A stretch of DNA of 64,000 bases from Candidatus Marinacidobacterium sp. (lineage in GTDB: Bacteria; Acidobacteriota; Vicinamibacteria; Marinacidobacterales; Marinacidobacteraceae). Shown here piece after piece: positions 52,032-62,539 of this stretch. The stretch lies in contig OZ244852.1 in assembly GCA_965220965.1 (NCBI GenBank), positions 1,344,001-1,408,000 of the forward strand, read 5' to 3'. The position numbers were made by a program, and so were the translations under genes. Under the pieces are notes generated by a model. The model ran no database searches and was not told where the DNA came from. It saw only the letters and a program-made list of their open reading frames with translations. Each line of letters starts with the position of its first letter. Position 1 is the first letter of the stretch.

Positions 52032-53381
52032 ATGGCCACCAACCTCTTCCTCCCCGGGCGCAGGACCCGCTCTCTCGTTCCAGGAGCGACCTCCGCTCTC
52101 CTGCTCTGTCTCGGCGCCCCGGTCTTCGCCGGCCCCGGCGCTTCACACCCGGACGAAGTTCCCCCCGGGTGTTCCCTGCTGGACCCCCGTCAGGCCCGGG
52201 CGGTCCCCCTCGCCGACTGCGGACAGGGATCCCTCCCCTCCCCGGCCCAGGCGGTGGCGCATGCGCAGGCGGACCGCGATCCCGACATCGGCGACGTCAC
52301 CGAGGCGCTTCGGGGCGGCGGAGCCCAGCACGCTCAACACTCTCAGCACGGGCCCGACGCCCACCAGCCGATGGCCTTCACCGCCGACGGGCATGCCCCG
52401 ATCGGCGTGATGGGGGTTATGGGCGCCCACGTGCACGGCGCGGGTGAACTCATGCTCTCGTACCGGTTTCAGCCGATGGCGATGAGCGGTCTGCGGGACG
52501 GCTCGGCCGACCTCGCCGACGCCGAAGCGCTCGCGGTGGACAACCCCTTCTTCGGCAACCCCGGCCAGCCCCCCAAGATGCGCATCCTTCCGCGCGAGAT
52601 GCCGATGAACATGCACATGGTCGGCGCGATGCTCGGGGTCCACGAACGGGTCACCCTGATGGGCATGGGCATGTACATGTCCCGCGACATGACGCTCGAG
52701 ACCCACAACATGATGGGCGCCCCGATCGGGACCTTCGAGCCGGGAAGCTCCGGCCTGGGGGACAGCAGCCTCGGCGCGTTGATCAGCCTGGCGCAGGGCG
52801 CCGTCAACGTCCAGATGATGGCCGGCGTCGGGATCCCCACCGGGTCGCTCGATACCAGCGGCGAGGTGCTGCTCCCGACCGGGATGCAGCGCGAACTCCG
52901 GCTGCCCTACGCGATGCAGCTCGGATCCGGCACGTTCGACGCGCAGCCCGGCATCGTCGTCCAGACGAAGCGGGGCAACGTCAGCGTGGGAGGGCAGCTC
53001 CGGGGCAGGATTCGTTTCGGCGAGAACTCCGATGGCTACCGCCTCGGAAACGAGGTCCTGGCCACCGCCTGGGCGATGGTCCAGCCGGTCCCGGCCGCCG
53101 CGCTCACCGCGCGCGTCCAGTTCGACCAGATGGGCGCCATCGAGGGTCAGGACGGGATGATCGCCGGTCCGGTCCCGACGGCCGACCCGTCGAACTACGG
53201 CGGAACCCGGGTCACCGGTCTCATCGGCCTGAACCTCGCCGGCCAGAGCGGCGCGATCCGGGAGCACCGGCTGGCGTTCGAGCTCGGCATCCCGCTGTAT
53301 CAGGACCTGAACGGCCCGCAGATGCCGCGAAGCTGGGAGTTCATGGTGGGCTGGCAGCGCGGCTGGTCGCTGACCAACTGA
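52032..53381 (+). CDS. Met/His-rich putative outer-membrane beta-barrel transporter, copy 1
   Basis: Signal peptide; HAPIGVM..HxH.GELMLSYR; MPMNMHM; SSGLGD; PTGS; LPYAMQLGSGT; extra His-rich N-terminal segment. Confidence 0.75.
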   Translation: MATNLFLPGRRTRSLVPGATSALLLCLGAPVFAGPGASHPDEVPPGCSLLDPRQARAVPLADCGQGSLPSPAQAVAHAQADRDPDIGDVTEALRGGGAQHAQHSQHGPDAHQPMAFTADGHAPIGVMGVMGAHVHGAGELMLSYRFQPMAMSGLRDGSADLADAEALAVDNPFFGNPGQPPKMRILPREMPMNMHMVGAMLGVHERVTLMGMGMYMSRDMTLETHNMMGAPIGTFEPGSSGLGDSSLGALISLAQGAVNVQMMAGVGIPTGSLDTSGEVLLPTGMQRELRLPYAMQLGSGTFDAQPGIVVQTKRGNVSVGGQLRGRIRFGENSDGYRLGNEVLATAWAMVQPVPAAALTARVQFDQMGAIEGQDGMIAGPVPTADPSNYGGTRVTGLIGLNLAGQSGAIREHRLAFELGIPLYQDLNGPQMPRSWEFMVGWQRGWSLTN

Positions 53382-53508
53382 CGCTCCTCCCCAGAGGAAC
53401 GCCGACCGGTTTGGCCGGGCCGTCTGATCCCACCCGGTGGGGGCGGACGGTCTCCTCCGCCCCCGCAACCCGGCGCTCGCGAATCGCGTAGGATGTAGCG
53501 CAGCCTCC

Positions 53509-53793
53509 GTGAAGTCCCCGCTCCGCCTAGCGACCGCTCTCCTGGTCGTCGCGGCGTTCTTCGCCGTCCAGGGCTTCGCCACCCCCCACATGCTGGGGAT
53601 GGACTGCGATGCGGATTGCCCCGACTGCGCCGTCGAGTGCATCGGATGCCAGGTCGCCTCCGCGGAGCCTCCGCAGTCGCCCGAGGCGTCCCGGGTAACG
53701 GGAGTCAGGCATCGGGCGCCGAAGATCGTCACGGTCGTCGCTGCGCCGGCGCCGCGCGATCCGGGCGCCCCGCCTCGCGGCCCACCCGCCTGA
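53509..53793 (+). CDS. Cys-rich DUF2946-like leader protein, copy 2 (intact CxxC...RGPP)
   Basis: 94 aa from GTG; signal-like N-terminus; CPDC/CIGC; ends PPRGPPA*. Confidence 0.75.
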   Translation: MKSPLRLATALLVVAAFFAVQGFATPHMLGMDCDADCPDCAVECIGCQVASAEPPQSPEASRVTGVRHRAPKIVTVVAAPAPRDPGAPPRGPPA

Positions 53794-53954
53794 GAAGGAC
53801 ATCCCCGGACAGGAGCCGCGACCCGCGGTCCCTATCCGGGGCTCATCCGCCAGGGCCGACCGGCACTTCCCGAACGCTGTACTCCTGAACGAGGCGCGGG
53901 AAGTTCCTGTGGCCCGTTCCGCCGCGCGATGCGCGGCTACGGAGTTCCTTCCCG

Positions 53955-55127
53955 ATGGCTTTCCATCTCCTTTCCCGGCGACGCGGGACCCGCGTCGTCC
54001 TTCCCGGAGCGGCCTCCGCTCTCCTCCTCGCCCTCGGCGTCCCGGCCTTCGCCGACCCGGACGCGCCCTCTCCCGACGAGGCCGAAGTCTCGTCGACCAC
54101 CGGCGCCGACGACGCCGATCAGCTCGCTCCCTACAACGCCGACGGCCACGCCCCGATCGGCGTCATGGCCGAGCACATGCACAACGCCGGCGAGTTCATG
54201 CTCTCGTACCGCTTCCAGCCGATGGCGATGAGCGGTCTGCAGGACGGCTCGGCCGAGCTCGCCGACGCCGAAGCGCTCGCAGTGGACAACCCCTTCTTCG
54301 GCAACCCCGGCCAGCCCCCCAAGATGCGCATCCTCCCGCGCGAGATGCCGATGAACATGCACATGTTCGGCGCGATGCTCGGGATCCACGACCGGGTCAC
54401 GCTCATGGGCATGGGCATGTTCATGTCCCGCGACATGACGCTCGAGACCCACAACATGATGGGCGCCCCGATCGGGACGTTCGAGCCCGGAAGCTCCGGG
54501 ATCGGGGACAGCAGCCTCAGCGCGATGATCGGCCTCTCCTCCGGCGAAGTCCGCGCCCACCTGATCGCGGGCGTCGGGATCCCCACCGGGTCGCTCGACA
54601 CGACCGGCGAGGTGCTGCTGCCGACCGGCATGCAGCGCGAACTCCGGCTGCCCTACGCGATGCAGCTCGGATCCGGCACGTTCGACGCCCAGCCCGGCAT
54701 CGTCGTCCAGACGAAGCGGGGCAACGTCAGCGTGGGAGGGCAGCTCCGGGGCAAGATCCGCTTCGGCGAGAACTCGGAGGGCTACCGCCTCGGCAACGAG
54801 GTCCTCGCCACCGCCTGGGCGATGGTCCAGCCGGTCCCGGCCGCAGCGCTCACCGCGCGTGTCCAGTTCGACCAGATGGGCGCCATCGAGGGACAGGACG
54901 GGATGATCGCCGGTCCGGTCCCCACCGCCGACCCGTCGAACTACGGCGGGACGCGGGTCACCGGGCTCATCGGCCTGAACCTCGCCGGCCAGAGCGGCGC
55001 GATCCGCGAGCACCGGCTGGCGTTCGAGCTCGGCATCCCGCTCTACCAGGACCTGAACGGCCCGCAGATGCCGCGAAGCTGGCAGTTCATCGCCGGCTGG
55101 CAGCGCGCCTGGTCGTTCGCCAACTGA
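53955..55127 (+). CDS. Met/His-rich putative outer-membrane beta-barrel transporter, copy 2
   Basis: Paralog of 52032..53381; HAPIGVMAEHMH. Confidence 0.75.
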   Translation: MAFHLLSRRRGTRVVLPGAASALLLALGVPAFADPDAPSPDEAEVSSTTGADDADQLAPYNADGHAPIGVMAEHMHNAGEFMLSYRFQPMAMSGLQDGSAELADAEALAVDNPFFGNPGQPPKMRILPREMPMNMHMFGAMLGIHDRVTLMGMGMFMSRDMTLETHNMMGAPIGTFEPGSSGIGDSSLSAMIGLSSGEVRAHLIAGVGIPTGSLDTTGEVLLPTGMQRELRLPYAMQLGSGTFDAQPGIVVQTKRGNVSVGGQLRGKIRFGENSEGYRLGNEVLATAWAMVQPVPAAALTARVQFDQMGAIEGQDGMIAGPVPTADPSNYGGTRVTGLIGLNLAGQSGAIREHRLAFELGIPLYQDLNGPQMPRSWQFIAGWQRAWSFAN

Positions 55128-55166
55128 CGCTCCCGCGGAGGGCGCGCCGGCTCGACCGGCGCGCCC

Positions 55167-55937
55167 TCACGGCGCCTGGGAAGAAAGGCGCTCGGGGGAT
55201 TCCCTGCGGGCGTCCAGTTCCCGCTCGAGCGCCCGGGACGCGGTGCGTCCCACCCACCGGACCAGGAAGAACATCGCGACGGCGCTGACCAGCGTCAGGA
55301 CCGCGGCCATCGAGGCCTGGCCGGTGACCAGCGACGCGCTGGCGGAGCCGGCGGCGCCGACCTGGGCGAAGAACGACGCGCCGAGCGGGATCGCGAAGAG
55401 CGACCCGACGGCGTAGGTGCGGAAGCTCACCGGCGTGACCGCCCAGCCGTAGTTCTGGGCGGCGAACGGGATCAGCGGCGGCAGTCGGGTCAGGAGGACG
55501 ACGCGGACTCCGCCGGCGCCCAGCACCCGGAACACCGCCGCGGCCACCGGGAAGCGGGCGAGGACCCGCTCGACGAACCGCCGGAGGACGAGGCGCGCCA
55601 GCCAGAAGGCGGTCAGCGACCCCAGCCAGGTCCCGATCGAGGCGATCACGCTGCCCCAGACCGGCCCGAACAGCAGGCCGGCGGCGACGCAGAAGACCGT
55701 GTTCGGGACCGCGACGCCCACGAGGAGCGCGTGGACGACGATGAGCGGCGCCGGCGTCGTCGGGATCCACGCGGGGAGCTCGACCGGTTCGCCGACGCTG
55801 AGCCAGGCGATCAGCCCGGCGGTGCTCACGAGGAACAGGCCCCACAGCAGCGGCTGCCAGCCCCGGCGGAGGAGCTTCTTCCACCAGGGCCCGCCGCCCG
55901 CGGCGCGCGCCGGGCCGGCCGGGGGTCGGGTCGCCAA
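55167..55937 (-). CDS. TVP38/TMEM64 (DedA/VTT) membrane protein; start uncertain
   Basis: AGLLFGPVWG and LTRLPPLIPFAAQNY motifs. Confidence 0.78.
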   Translation of the reverse strand: MATRPPAGPARAAGGGPWWKKLLRRGWQPLLWGLFLVSTAGLIAWLSVGEPVELPAWIPTTPAPLIVVHALLVGVAVPNTVFCVAAGLLFGPVWGSVIASIGTWLGSLTAFWLARLVLRRFVERVLARFPVAAAVFRVLGAGGVRVVLLTRLPPLIPFAAQNYGWAVTPVSFRTYAVGSLFAIPLGASFFAQVGAAGSASASLVTGQASMAAVLTLVSAVAMFFLVRWVGRTASRALERELDARRESPERLSSQAP

Positions 55938-55945
55938 CCCCGGAC

Positions 55946-57427
55946 TCAGAACCGCCGCGAGGCGTCGCGGGGCCAGCGCTCCACGACGACCTTCGTCTGC
56001 GTGTAGAACTCGACGGCGTGCGGCCCCTGGGCGTGGAGGTCGCCGAAGAAGCTCCCCCGCCAGCCGCTGAACGGGAAGAACGCCATCGGCGCCGCGACGC
56101 CGACGTTGATCCCGATGTTCCCGGTGAGGGCGTCCCGGCGGAAGCGGCGCGCGGTCGGGCCGTCGTTCGTGAAGACGCACGCCATGTTGCCGTAGTCGCC
56201 GCCGTTCACGAAGCGCAGCGCATCGTCCACGCTCTCCACCCGGATCAGCCCGAGCACCGGCCCGAAGATCTCGGTGCGGGCGATCTCGCCGGCGGCGGGC
56301 AACCGGTCCAGAACGGTGGGACCGACGAAGAACCCGTCCTCGCGCCCCTCGACCGACAGACCGCGCCCGTCGGTGACGGCGCGCGCCTCTTCCTGCTCGA
56401 TCGCCTGGGTGATCAGCCCCTCGATGCGCTGTCGGCTCTCGTCGCGGATCACCGGCCCCATATCGACACCGTCGTCGAGCCCCGAGCCGACCACCCGGCT
56501 CTCCGCCTGCGCCGCCATCGCGTCGGCGAACGCATCCCCCGCGCTCCCCACGGTGACCGCCAGCGAAGCCGCGAGACACCGCTGCCCGGCGCACCCGAAG
56601 GCACTCTCGGCCACGTTGCTCGCCGCCGCCTCCATGTCGGCGTCCGGGAGGACCACGACCGGGTTCTTCGCGCCGCCCTGGCACTGGACGCGCTTGCCGC
56701 TCGCAGCCGCCCGGGCGTAGACCGCGCGCGCGACCGGCGAGGATCCCACGAAGCTCACCGCGGCCACATCCGGGTGGTCCAGCAGCGATTCGACGGCCTC
56801 CTGTCCCCCGTGGACCACCTGGACGACTCCCTCGGGAAACCCGGCCTCCTCGAGCAGGGCGATCACCCGGTGAACGGTGATCGGGGTCTTGTCGGACGGC
56901 TTGATGACGACCGCGTTCCCGCAGGCGAGCGCATAGGGCAGGAACCAGAACGGGATCATCGCGGGGAAGTTGAACGGCGCGATGATCGCCACGACGCCCA
57001 CCGGCTGGCGGATCATGAACTCGTCGATGCCCCGGGCGATGTCCTCGAGCACGCGTCCCTGCATCAGCGAGGGGATCCCGCAGGCGACTTCCACGTTCTC
57101 GATGGCGCGCCGCACCTCGCCCCGCGCCTCGGCGAGCGTCTTCCCCGCCTCGAGGGTCACGTTGCGCGAGATCTCCTCGAAGTCCCGCTCCATCAGGGCC
57201 TTGAGGCGGAAGAGCGGCTGGATCCGGTCGGTTGGCGGGACCTCGCGCCACTCCCGGAGGGCCGTCGAGGCGCTGGCGACCGCCCGACCCACCTCTTCCG
57301 CGCCCGAGAGCGGGATCCGGGAGAGCGCGCTCCCGGTGGCGGGGTCGAAGATCGTCGCGGTGGCGGCGGTGGGAGCGGGGACGAACCGGCCGCCGATGTA
57401 GTTGGGGAGCGTCGATGGAAGGCTCAT
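55946..57427 (-). CDS. mmsA: CoA-acylating (methyl)malonate-semialdehyde dehydrogenase
   Basis: [34 protein letters not shown] and FPFSGW motifs. Confidence 0.92.
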   Translation of the reverse strand: MSLPSTLPNYIGGRFVPAPTAATATIFDPATGSALSRIPLSGAEEVGRAVASASTALREWREVPPTDRIQPLFRLKALMERDFEEISRNVTLEAGKTLAEARGEVRRAIENVEVACGIPSLMQGRVLEDIARGIDEFMIRQPVGVVAIIAPFNFPAMIPFWFLPYALACGNAVVIKPSDKTPITVHRVIALLEEAGFPEGVVQVVHGGQEAVESLLDHPDVAAVSFVGSSPVARAVYARAAASGKRVQCQGGAKNPVVVLPDADMEAAASNVAESAFGCAGQRCLAASLAVTVGSAGDAFADAMAAQAESRVVGSGLDDGVDMGPVIRDESRQRIEGLITQAIEQEEARAVTDGRGLSVEGREDGFFVGPTVLDRLPAAGEIARTEIFGPVLGLIRVESVDDALRFVNGGDYGNMACVFTNDGPTARRFRRDALTGNIGINVGVAAPMAFFPFSGWRGSFFGDLHAQGPHAVEFYTQTKVVVERWPRDASRRF

Positions 57428-57454
57428 GAGGCGGGCCGTAGGATACGCGGCGCG

Positions 57455-59773
57455 ATGCCCTGTCACGGCCCGAACCGCTCCGCCGCCGCTACGGCGCTTC
57501 TTCTGTTCTCCCTGCTGCCGGGAGTCGGCTTCGCCGCCGCCCGCGAGGGCGCGGTCCAGACGCTGGCCGGCGACGAGGGGCCGGTGGTGGACGGCCTCGT
57601 CACCGATGAGCAGTGGTCCCGGGTCGAACCCTTCACCGGGTTCATCCAGCAGGAGCCCGACAACGGCCAGCCCGCCTCCGAGCGGACCGAAGTTCGGCTG
57701 CTGCTCTCCAGCACCACGCTCTACGTCGGGGTCATCGCCTTCGACAGCGACCCGTCGCAGGTCCTCGTCTCGGAGAGCCGCCGCGACGGCGACCTGAACG
57801 AGTCTGACTCGGTCCAGCTCGTCTTCGACACCTTCAACGACTCGCAGAACGCCTTCCTCTTCGGGACGAACCCGGAGGGGATCGAGTACGACGGGCAGGT
57901 GGCCGGCGAGGGGGCGACCGGCGGTTACAACCCCCGTCCCGGATCGCGGGGCTCGCAGCGCGGCGGGGTCACCGGCTTCAACGCGAACTGGGACGGCGAC
58001 TGGACGGTCCGGTCGGCGCGGACCGACCGGGGCTGGGAGACCGAGTTCGCGATTCCGCTCCGCACGCTGCGCTACGCGCCGGGCGAGAACCGCACCTGGG
58101 GCCTCAACGTGATGCGGAACATCCGCCGCAAGAACGAGCAGTCCTTCCTCGCCCCGATCCCGCGCGGCTACAACATCTACCGGGTCTCGCTGGCCCGCAA
58201 GATCTCCGGGCTGAACCTGCCCGGCCGGCGCGACGTGAAGGTCACGCCCTTCGCGCTCGGCGACGTGAGCCGCAACCCGCTGGCGGTGGCGGAGGCTTCC
58301 CGCTCCACCCAGGGGCTCGACGGCGGCCTCGACGTGAAGTGGGGCGTGACCCCGAACCTGACAGTGGACTTCACGGCGAACACCGACTTCGCCCAGGTGG
58401 AGGCGGACGACCAGCAGATCAACCTGACCCGGTTCCCGCTGTTCTTCCCGGAGAAGCGGCCCTTCTTCCTCGAAAACGCCGCCACCTTCCAGTTCGGGGC
58501 CCCCCAGGAGGTGGACCTCTTCTTCAGTCGCCGGATCGGCCTCCACGCCGGACGCCCGGTCGGCATCCTGGGCGGCGCCCGGCTCTCGGGCAAGGTGAAC
58601 GCCTTCAACATCGGCGTCATGAACATGCAGACCGAGGCGGCCTTCGATCCCGCCACCGGGGCGCTCTCGCTGGCGGCGAACAACTACACGGTGGCCCGGG
58701 TCCAGCGGGAGGTGGGCCGGTCCAACTTCGGCGGCATGTTCGTGAACCGGCAAGGGACCGGCGAGTGGGCGGTCGAGGGCGATCACAACCGCTCTTTCGG
58801 CGCCGACACCGCGATCCAGTTGAACGACAACGCGCGCTTCTTCGCGTTCCTGGCGCGAACGCAGACCGGCGGCGTCGAAGCCGACGGCGCGGGCGGCGCC
58901 ACCGCCGGCCGGGCCTTCCTGAACTACGCCGATCAGCTCCACCAGGGGCACATCGGGTTCACCCAGGTCGGAGAGGACTTCAACCCCGAGGTCGGGTTCG
59001 CCCCGCGAGTGGGCTACCGGAAGTACCAGTGGCGCTACTACCTCGACTGGCAGCCGACCCAGGTTCCCTGGATGGCGGGATGGGTCCGCCGCTTCTCGCC
59101 CCACATCACCTGGAACCGCTACTACGGTTTCGACGGCGAGGTCCAGTCGGGCCGGGCGCACATCCACCCCATCGAGTTCCAGCCGAACTCGGGCGGCCGC
59201 TTCGGCCTCTTCGTCGATGTCGAGACCGACGCCCCGCTCGCCGACTTCACGGTGTTCTCCGGCGCCGACGGCGAGACGGTGGTCATCCCGCCGGGAACCT
59301 ACGACTGGACGCTGGTGTCGGTGAACTACCTCGGGAACGCCAGCGCCCGCCTCTTCCCCACCTTCTACTGCCGCGCCGGCGGCTTCTACAACGGAACCCG
59401 CCGCGGCTGCGACTTCAGCCTGAACGGCCGGGTCGGCGCCCGCTTCCAGGCCAGCGTGGGGTTCAACCGCAACAGCGTGGAACTCCCCGGCGGCGACTTC
59501 GTGACCGACCTGGTTCCGATCCGGGTGAACTACTCGTTCACGCCGCTCCGCCGGCTGGAAGCGCTCATCCAGTACAACTCGCAGACTTCCTCGATCTCGT
59601 CGAATGTCCGTCTCGTGCTGCTCGACCGCAGCGGGACCGGGCTGTTCCTGGTCTACAACGACCTGCGGAACACGGCGAACTTCGACCGCTTCGACCAGGC
59701 CACCGGGATGCTCACGCCCACGGTGATGGGCCGCTCGTTCATCGTCAAGTACACCCGCCTCTTCGACTTCTGA
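57455..59773 (+). CDS. CBM9-like + DUF5916 outer-membrane protein
   Basis: [32 protein letters not shown] and FFSRRIG motifs; C-terminal Phe. Confidence 0.85.
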   Translation: MPCHGPNRSAAATALLLFSLLPGVGFAAAREGAVQTLAGDEGPVVDGLVTDEQWSRVEPFTGFIQQEPDNGQPASERTEVRLLLSSTTLYVGVIAFDSDPSQVLVSESRRDGDLNESDSVQLVFDTFNDSQNAFLFGTNPEGIEYDGQVAGEGATGGYNPRPGSRGSQRGGVTGFNANWDGDWTVRSARTDRGWETEFAIPLRTLRYAPGENRTWGLNVMRNIRRKNEQSFLAPIPRGYNIYRVSLARKISGLNLPGRRDVKVTPFALGDVSRNPLAVAEASRSTQGLDGGLDVKWGVTPNLTVDFTANTDFAQVEADDQQINLTRFPLFFPEKRPFFLENAATFQFGAPQEVDLFFSRRIGLHAGRPVGILGGARLSGKVNAFNIGVMNMQTEAAFDPATGALSLAANNYTVARVQREVGRSNFGGMFVNRQGTGEWAVEGDHNRSFGADTAIQLNDNARFFAFLARTQTGGVEADGAGGATAGRAFLNYADQLHQGHIGFTQVGEDFNPEVGFAPRVGYRKYQWRYYLDWQPTQVPWMAGWVRRFSPHITWNRYYGFDGEVQSGRAHIHPIEFQPNSGGRFGLFVDVETDAPLADFTVFSGADGETVVIPPGTYDWTLVSVNYLGNASARLFPTFYCRAGGFYNGTRRGCDFSLNGRVGARFQASVGFNRNSVELPGGDFVTDLVPIRVNYSFTPLRRLEALIQYNSQTSSISSNVRLVLLDRSGTGLFLVYNDLRNTANFDRFDQATGMLTPTVMGRSFIVKYTRLFDF

Positions 59774-59829
59774 GCCGAAGCGGGATCAGGCGGCCGACGG
59801 GGGAGAGCCCCGCCGCCGGCCAGGCGGGC

Positions 59830-60060
59830 TTACGCGGTCGCGGCGACCGGGAGGCGCTCGAGGATTTCCTGGATCTCGGGGAAGCGACCGGTCTCGTGCT
59901 TGGACCAGATCAGCTCGCCGTCCACCCGGACGTCGAAGACGCCCTTGTCACCCTCGATCAGCTCGGCTTCCACGCCGCGATCCTCACGAATGGCGGCCGC
60001 CAGACCGGCGGCCTTCGGGAGGTAGTTTCAAACCACGCAGTAGTTGATCGTGATGTGCAT
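59830..60060 (-). CDS. SelW/Rdx-family selenoprotein (CxxU), 76 aa
   Basis: MHITINYCVV-TGA-NYLPKAAGLAAAI...GDKGVFDVRVDGELIWSKHETGRFPE; in-frame TGA at 60030-60028. Confidence 0.88.
59995..60013 (-). promoter_or_regulatory. Putative bacterial SECIS hairpin
   Basis: GGCCGCC-GGTCT-GGCGGCC on the minus strand, starting 14 nt after the UGA; loop begins with G. Confidence 0.65.
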
Positions 60061-60123
60061 CGCGTCCCTCGAGTGTCACGGGGCCCCGCGCCACCGGGCG
60101 CGGAACCGGAAACACTGCGGAGC

Positions 60124-60201
60124 TGGCGGGGCCGACGGGACTCGAACCCGCGACCTCCGGCGTGACAGGCCGGCGTTCTGGACCAACTGAACTACGACCC
60201 C
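60124..60201 (-). tRNA. tRNA-Asp(GTC)
   Basis: Cloverleaf GGGGTCG...CCGGC-CTGTCAC-GCCGG...TTCGAGT...CGGCCCC-GCCA. Confidence 0.97.
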
Positions 60202-60374
60202 AGAGTGTCCGCAGTTGATCGAATTCTAGCAGTGTGGGGAGCGCCGGATACAGGCGCCACCGCGCGCTGGCGGGACTTCACGCGAGCTTCCTGCCGCCCC
60301 GAGGACCCCTGCCCGACCGGACATCGCGTTCGCGCGGCGCCCTCGATTCCTGATACGATTACGGGTCGCGCGCC

Positions 60375-60653
60375 ATGCGTCTGACGAAGAGCCAGATCCA
60401 GTTTCTGGGGTACCGGATCACCGACGATCTTCACGTCTCCGGCCTCATCGACCCGGAGGATCCGAACGATCTGATGGACCGGATCGTCGAGCTCATCACC
60501 GAGGAACTCCGCAAGGAGGACGAGCTGAACGAGGAGGTGCGCAAGCTCCTCGACGGCTACAGCGAGCAGATCCGCCAAGGCGGCATCGAGTACCGCGAGA
60601 TGTTCAAGCTCGTCAAGAAGAAGATCGCGCGGGAGCGCAACCTCGTCCTTTAG
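60375..60653 (+). CDS. DUF507 family protein
   Basis: MRLTK...EDELNEEVRKLL...YREMFKLVKKKIARER. Confidence 0.8.
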   Translation: MRLTKSQIQFLGYRITDDLHVSGLIDPEDPNDLMDRIVELITEELRKEDELNEEVRKLLDGYSEQIRQGGIEYREMFKLVKKKIARERNLVL

Positions 60654-60665
60654 GGATCGGGCCCC

Positions 60666-60968
60666 ATGCGACTCACGAACGCCAAGATCAACGACCTCGC
60701 GACGCGCGTCCTGAAGATGCTCCAGGTGGACGACAGCGTCGAGTTCTTCGCCGAGGATGTGGACATCCGGCGCAAGATCGTCCGGATCATCCACTCCGAA
60801 CTCGAGGACGACGAGCGGATCGACCAGGTGGTGCGCCGCAAGATCGACTCCCAGAGCCGGACCGTCCAGCAGGGCACCGAGGCCTGGGATCTGCTCTACC
60901 GCCGCTACTACGACGAGGAGATGCTGAAGCACCGCCGGGCGGTCCCCGGCCAGGAGCGGCAGGACTAA
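60666..60968 (+). CDS. DUF507 family protein (second paralog)
   Basis: MRLT..KI...IDQVVRRKI..Q...GTEAWDLLYRRYY.EE. Confidence 0.8.
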   Translation: MRLTNAKINDLATRVLKMLQVDDSVEFFAEDVDIRRKIVRIIHSELEDDERIDQVVRRKIDSQSRTVQQGTEAWDLLYRRYYDEEMLKHRRAVPGQERQD

Positions 60969-61148
60969 CAGCCCGTTGACAAAGTCCCGCGGCGTTCGAG
61001 CGGCGATGCATCCCGCCCGAATCACGCCCCTTCGGGGCGCTCATCGTTGCGTTTCGCTCGCAATATTCCCGATATTCCTTGCTCACGCGCCTTGTCGGCC
61101 GGGCGCCTCACCGCTCTCGGCGCTGCACGCGACTTTATCAACGGACTG
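60969..61148 (+). mobile_element. MITE copy 3 (180 bp)
   Basis: Near-identical to 204-383; CTAA duplication at 60965-60968 and 61149-61152. Confidence 0.88.
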
Positions 61149-61227
61149 CTAACGCACAGCGGGGCCCCACGGTCCCGGTTGCTGACTCCCGGGGTGCACC
61201 GCCCCGCTTCGGCGGGTGGGCCGGGCG

Positions 61228-62484
61228 TCAGGTCACCTCGGCGCGCCGGGCGCGCCGCGCCTCCTTGTGCTCGCCGCTGCGCAGCACCCCGGCGAGCGCT
61301 TCCACCGCGGTCTCCAGATCCACGAAGCGCACGTACATCGGCGCGAACCCGAAGCGCAGCAGGTCGGGCTCGCGGAAGTCCCCGACCACCCCCCGGGCGA
61401 TGAGCGCCTGCATGACGGCGTAGGCGTCGGGACACCGCAGCGAGACCTGGTTGCCCCGGTCCGCCGCCTCCCGGGGGCTCACCACCTCGACGCCGAAGTC
61501 CCCGAGCCGCTCCTCCACGAGCTGCGCGAAGCGGTCGCCGAGCGCCGCCCCCTTCCGGCCGAGCGCGGCGAGGTCCACCCCCTCGAACGCCCGGAGCGCC
61601 TCCTCGAGCGCCAGCATCGAGAGAACCGGCGGCGTCCCGGTCACGAACCGGCGCATCCCGGCGGCGGGCTGATACCCGGTCTCGAACCGGAACGGCGCCG
61701 CGTGCCCCATCCACCCGGCGAGCGCCGGGACCAGATCCTCCTGCCGCTCCCGGGCGACATAGAGGAAAGCCGGGGCCCCCGGCCCGCCGTTCAGGTACTT
61801 GTAGCCGCACCCGACCGCGAACTCGACGCCGTCGTCGTGGAGCCGAAGCCCGAACGCTCCGGCGCTGTGGCTCAGGTCCCACACGACCGGAACGCCGGCG
61901 CCGGTGGCGGCGCGGGTCACGGCTCGCATGTCCCGCTTCCGTCCGGTCCGGAAGTCCACCTGGGTCAGGGTGGCGACCGCGACCTCCGGCCCGAGCGCCG
62001 CAACGAACTCGTCCGCCTCCACCAGCCGCAACTCCGGCCCGCCGGCGGGCGCGAAGTCCCGGAGCAGGTCCACGAGCCCCTCGGCCATGTAGAGATCCGT
62101 CGGGAAGTTGGAGCGTTCGGCGAGGACGACGCGTCTCCCGTCGCCCCGCCGGAGCAGCGCCGCCAGCAGCTTGAACAGGTTGAGCGACACCGAGTCCGCC
62201 GCCACGACTTCGTCGGCCTCGACCCCCAGAAGCGGCGCGATCCGCGCCCCGACGCGCTCGGGGAGCCGGAACCACCCGTGCCGGTTCCACGACCCGATGA
62301 GGTCGGTCCCCCACTCGGTCCGCACCGCCCGCCCGATCCGATCCGCCATCGAAGCCGAAACCGCCCCCAGCGAGTTGCCGTCGAGGTAGGTGATCCCCTC
62401 CGGCAGCGCGAACCGCTCCCGCATCGACGCCAGCGGATCCACCCGGTCGAGTTCCGCCAACGCTTCCCGGGTCAGCGCGCCCAC
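61228..62484 (-). CDS. kynU: Kynureninase
   Basis: YLDGNSLG, NFPTDLY, WDLSHSAG, GCGYKYLNGGPG and GDFREPD motifs. Confidence 0.93.
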   Translation of the reverse strand: MGALTREALAELDRVDPLASMRERFALPEGITYLDGNSLGAVSASMADRIGRAVRTEWGTDLIGSWNRHGWFRLPERVGARIAPLLGVEADEVVAADSVSLNLFKLLAALLRRGDGRRVVLAERSNFPTDLYMAEGLVDLLRDFAPAGGPELRLVEADEFVAALGPEVAVATLTQVDFRTGRKRDMRAVTRAATGAGVPVVWDLSHSAGAFGLRLHDDGVEFAVGCGYKYLNGGPGAPAFLYVARERQEDLVPALAGWMGHAAPFRFETGYQPAAGMRRFVTGTPPVLSMLALEEALRAFEGVDLAALGRKGAALGDRFAQLVEERLGDFGVEVVSPREAADRGNQVSLRCPDAYAVMQALIARGVVGDFREPDLLRFGFAPMYVRFVDLETAVEALAGVLRSGEHKEARRARRAEVT

Positions 62485-62539
62485 GCCGCCGATTATAGGA
62501 AGCCGCCCGCCCGGCGCCGACATACGCTCTTCGCCCCGC

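Larger units (their letters stand above)
51566..55127 (+). repeat. Tandem duplication of leader ORF + spacer + beta-barrel gene (units ~51566-53381 and ~53486-55127)
   Basis: Near-identical leader 5' halves, intergenic spacers and barrel coding regions. Confidence 0.95.

Noticed and set aside
55946-59773. 1073-aa and 1251-aa overlapping ORFs as fusion proteins
   Set aside because: They are mmsA (start 57427) and the DUF5916 gene (start 57455) extended upstream through each other's antisense frames
60124-60201. Integrated element at tRNA-Asp
   Set aside because: No integrase and no duplicated tRNA 3' end seen in the window
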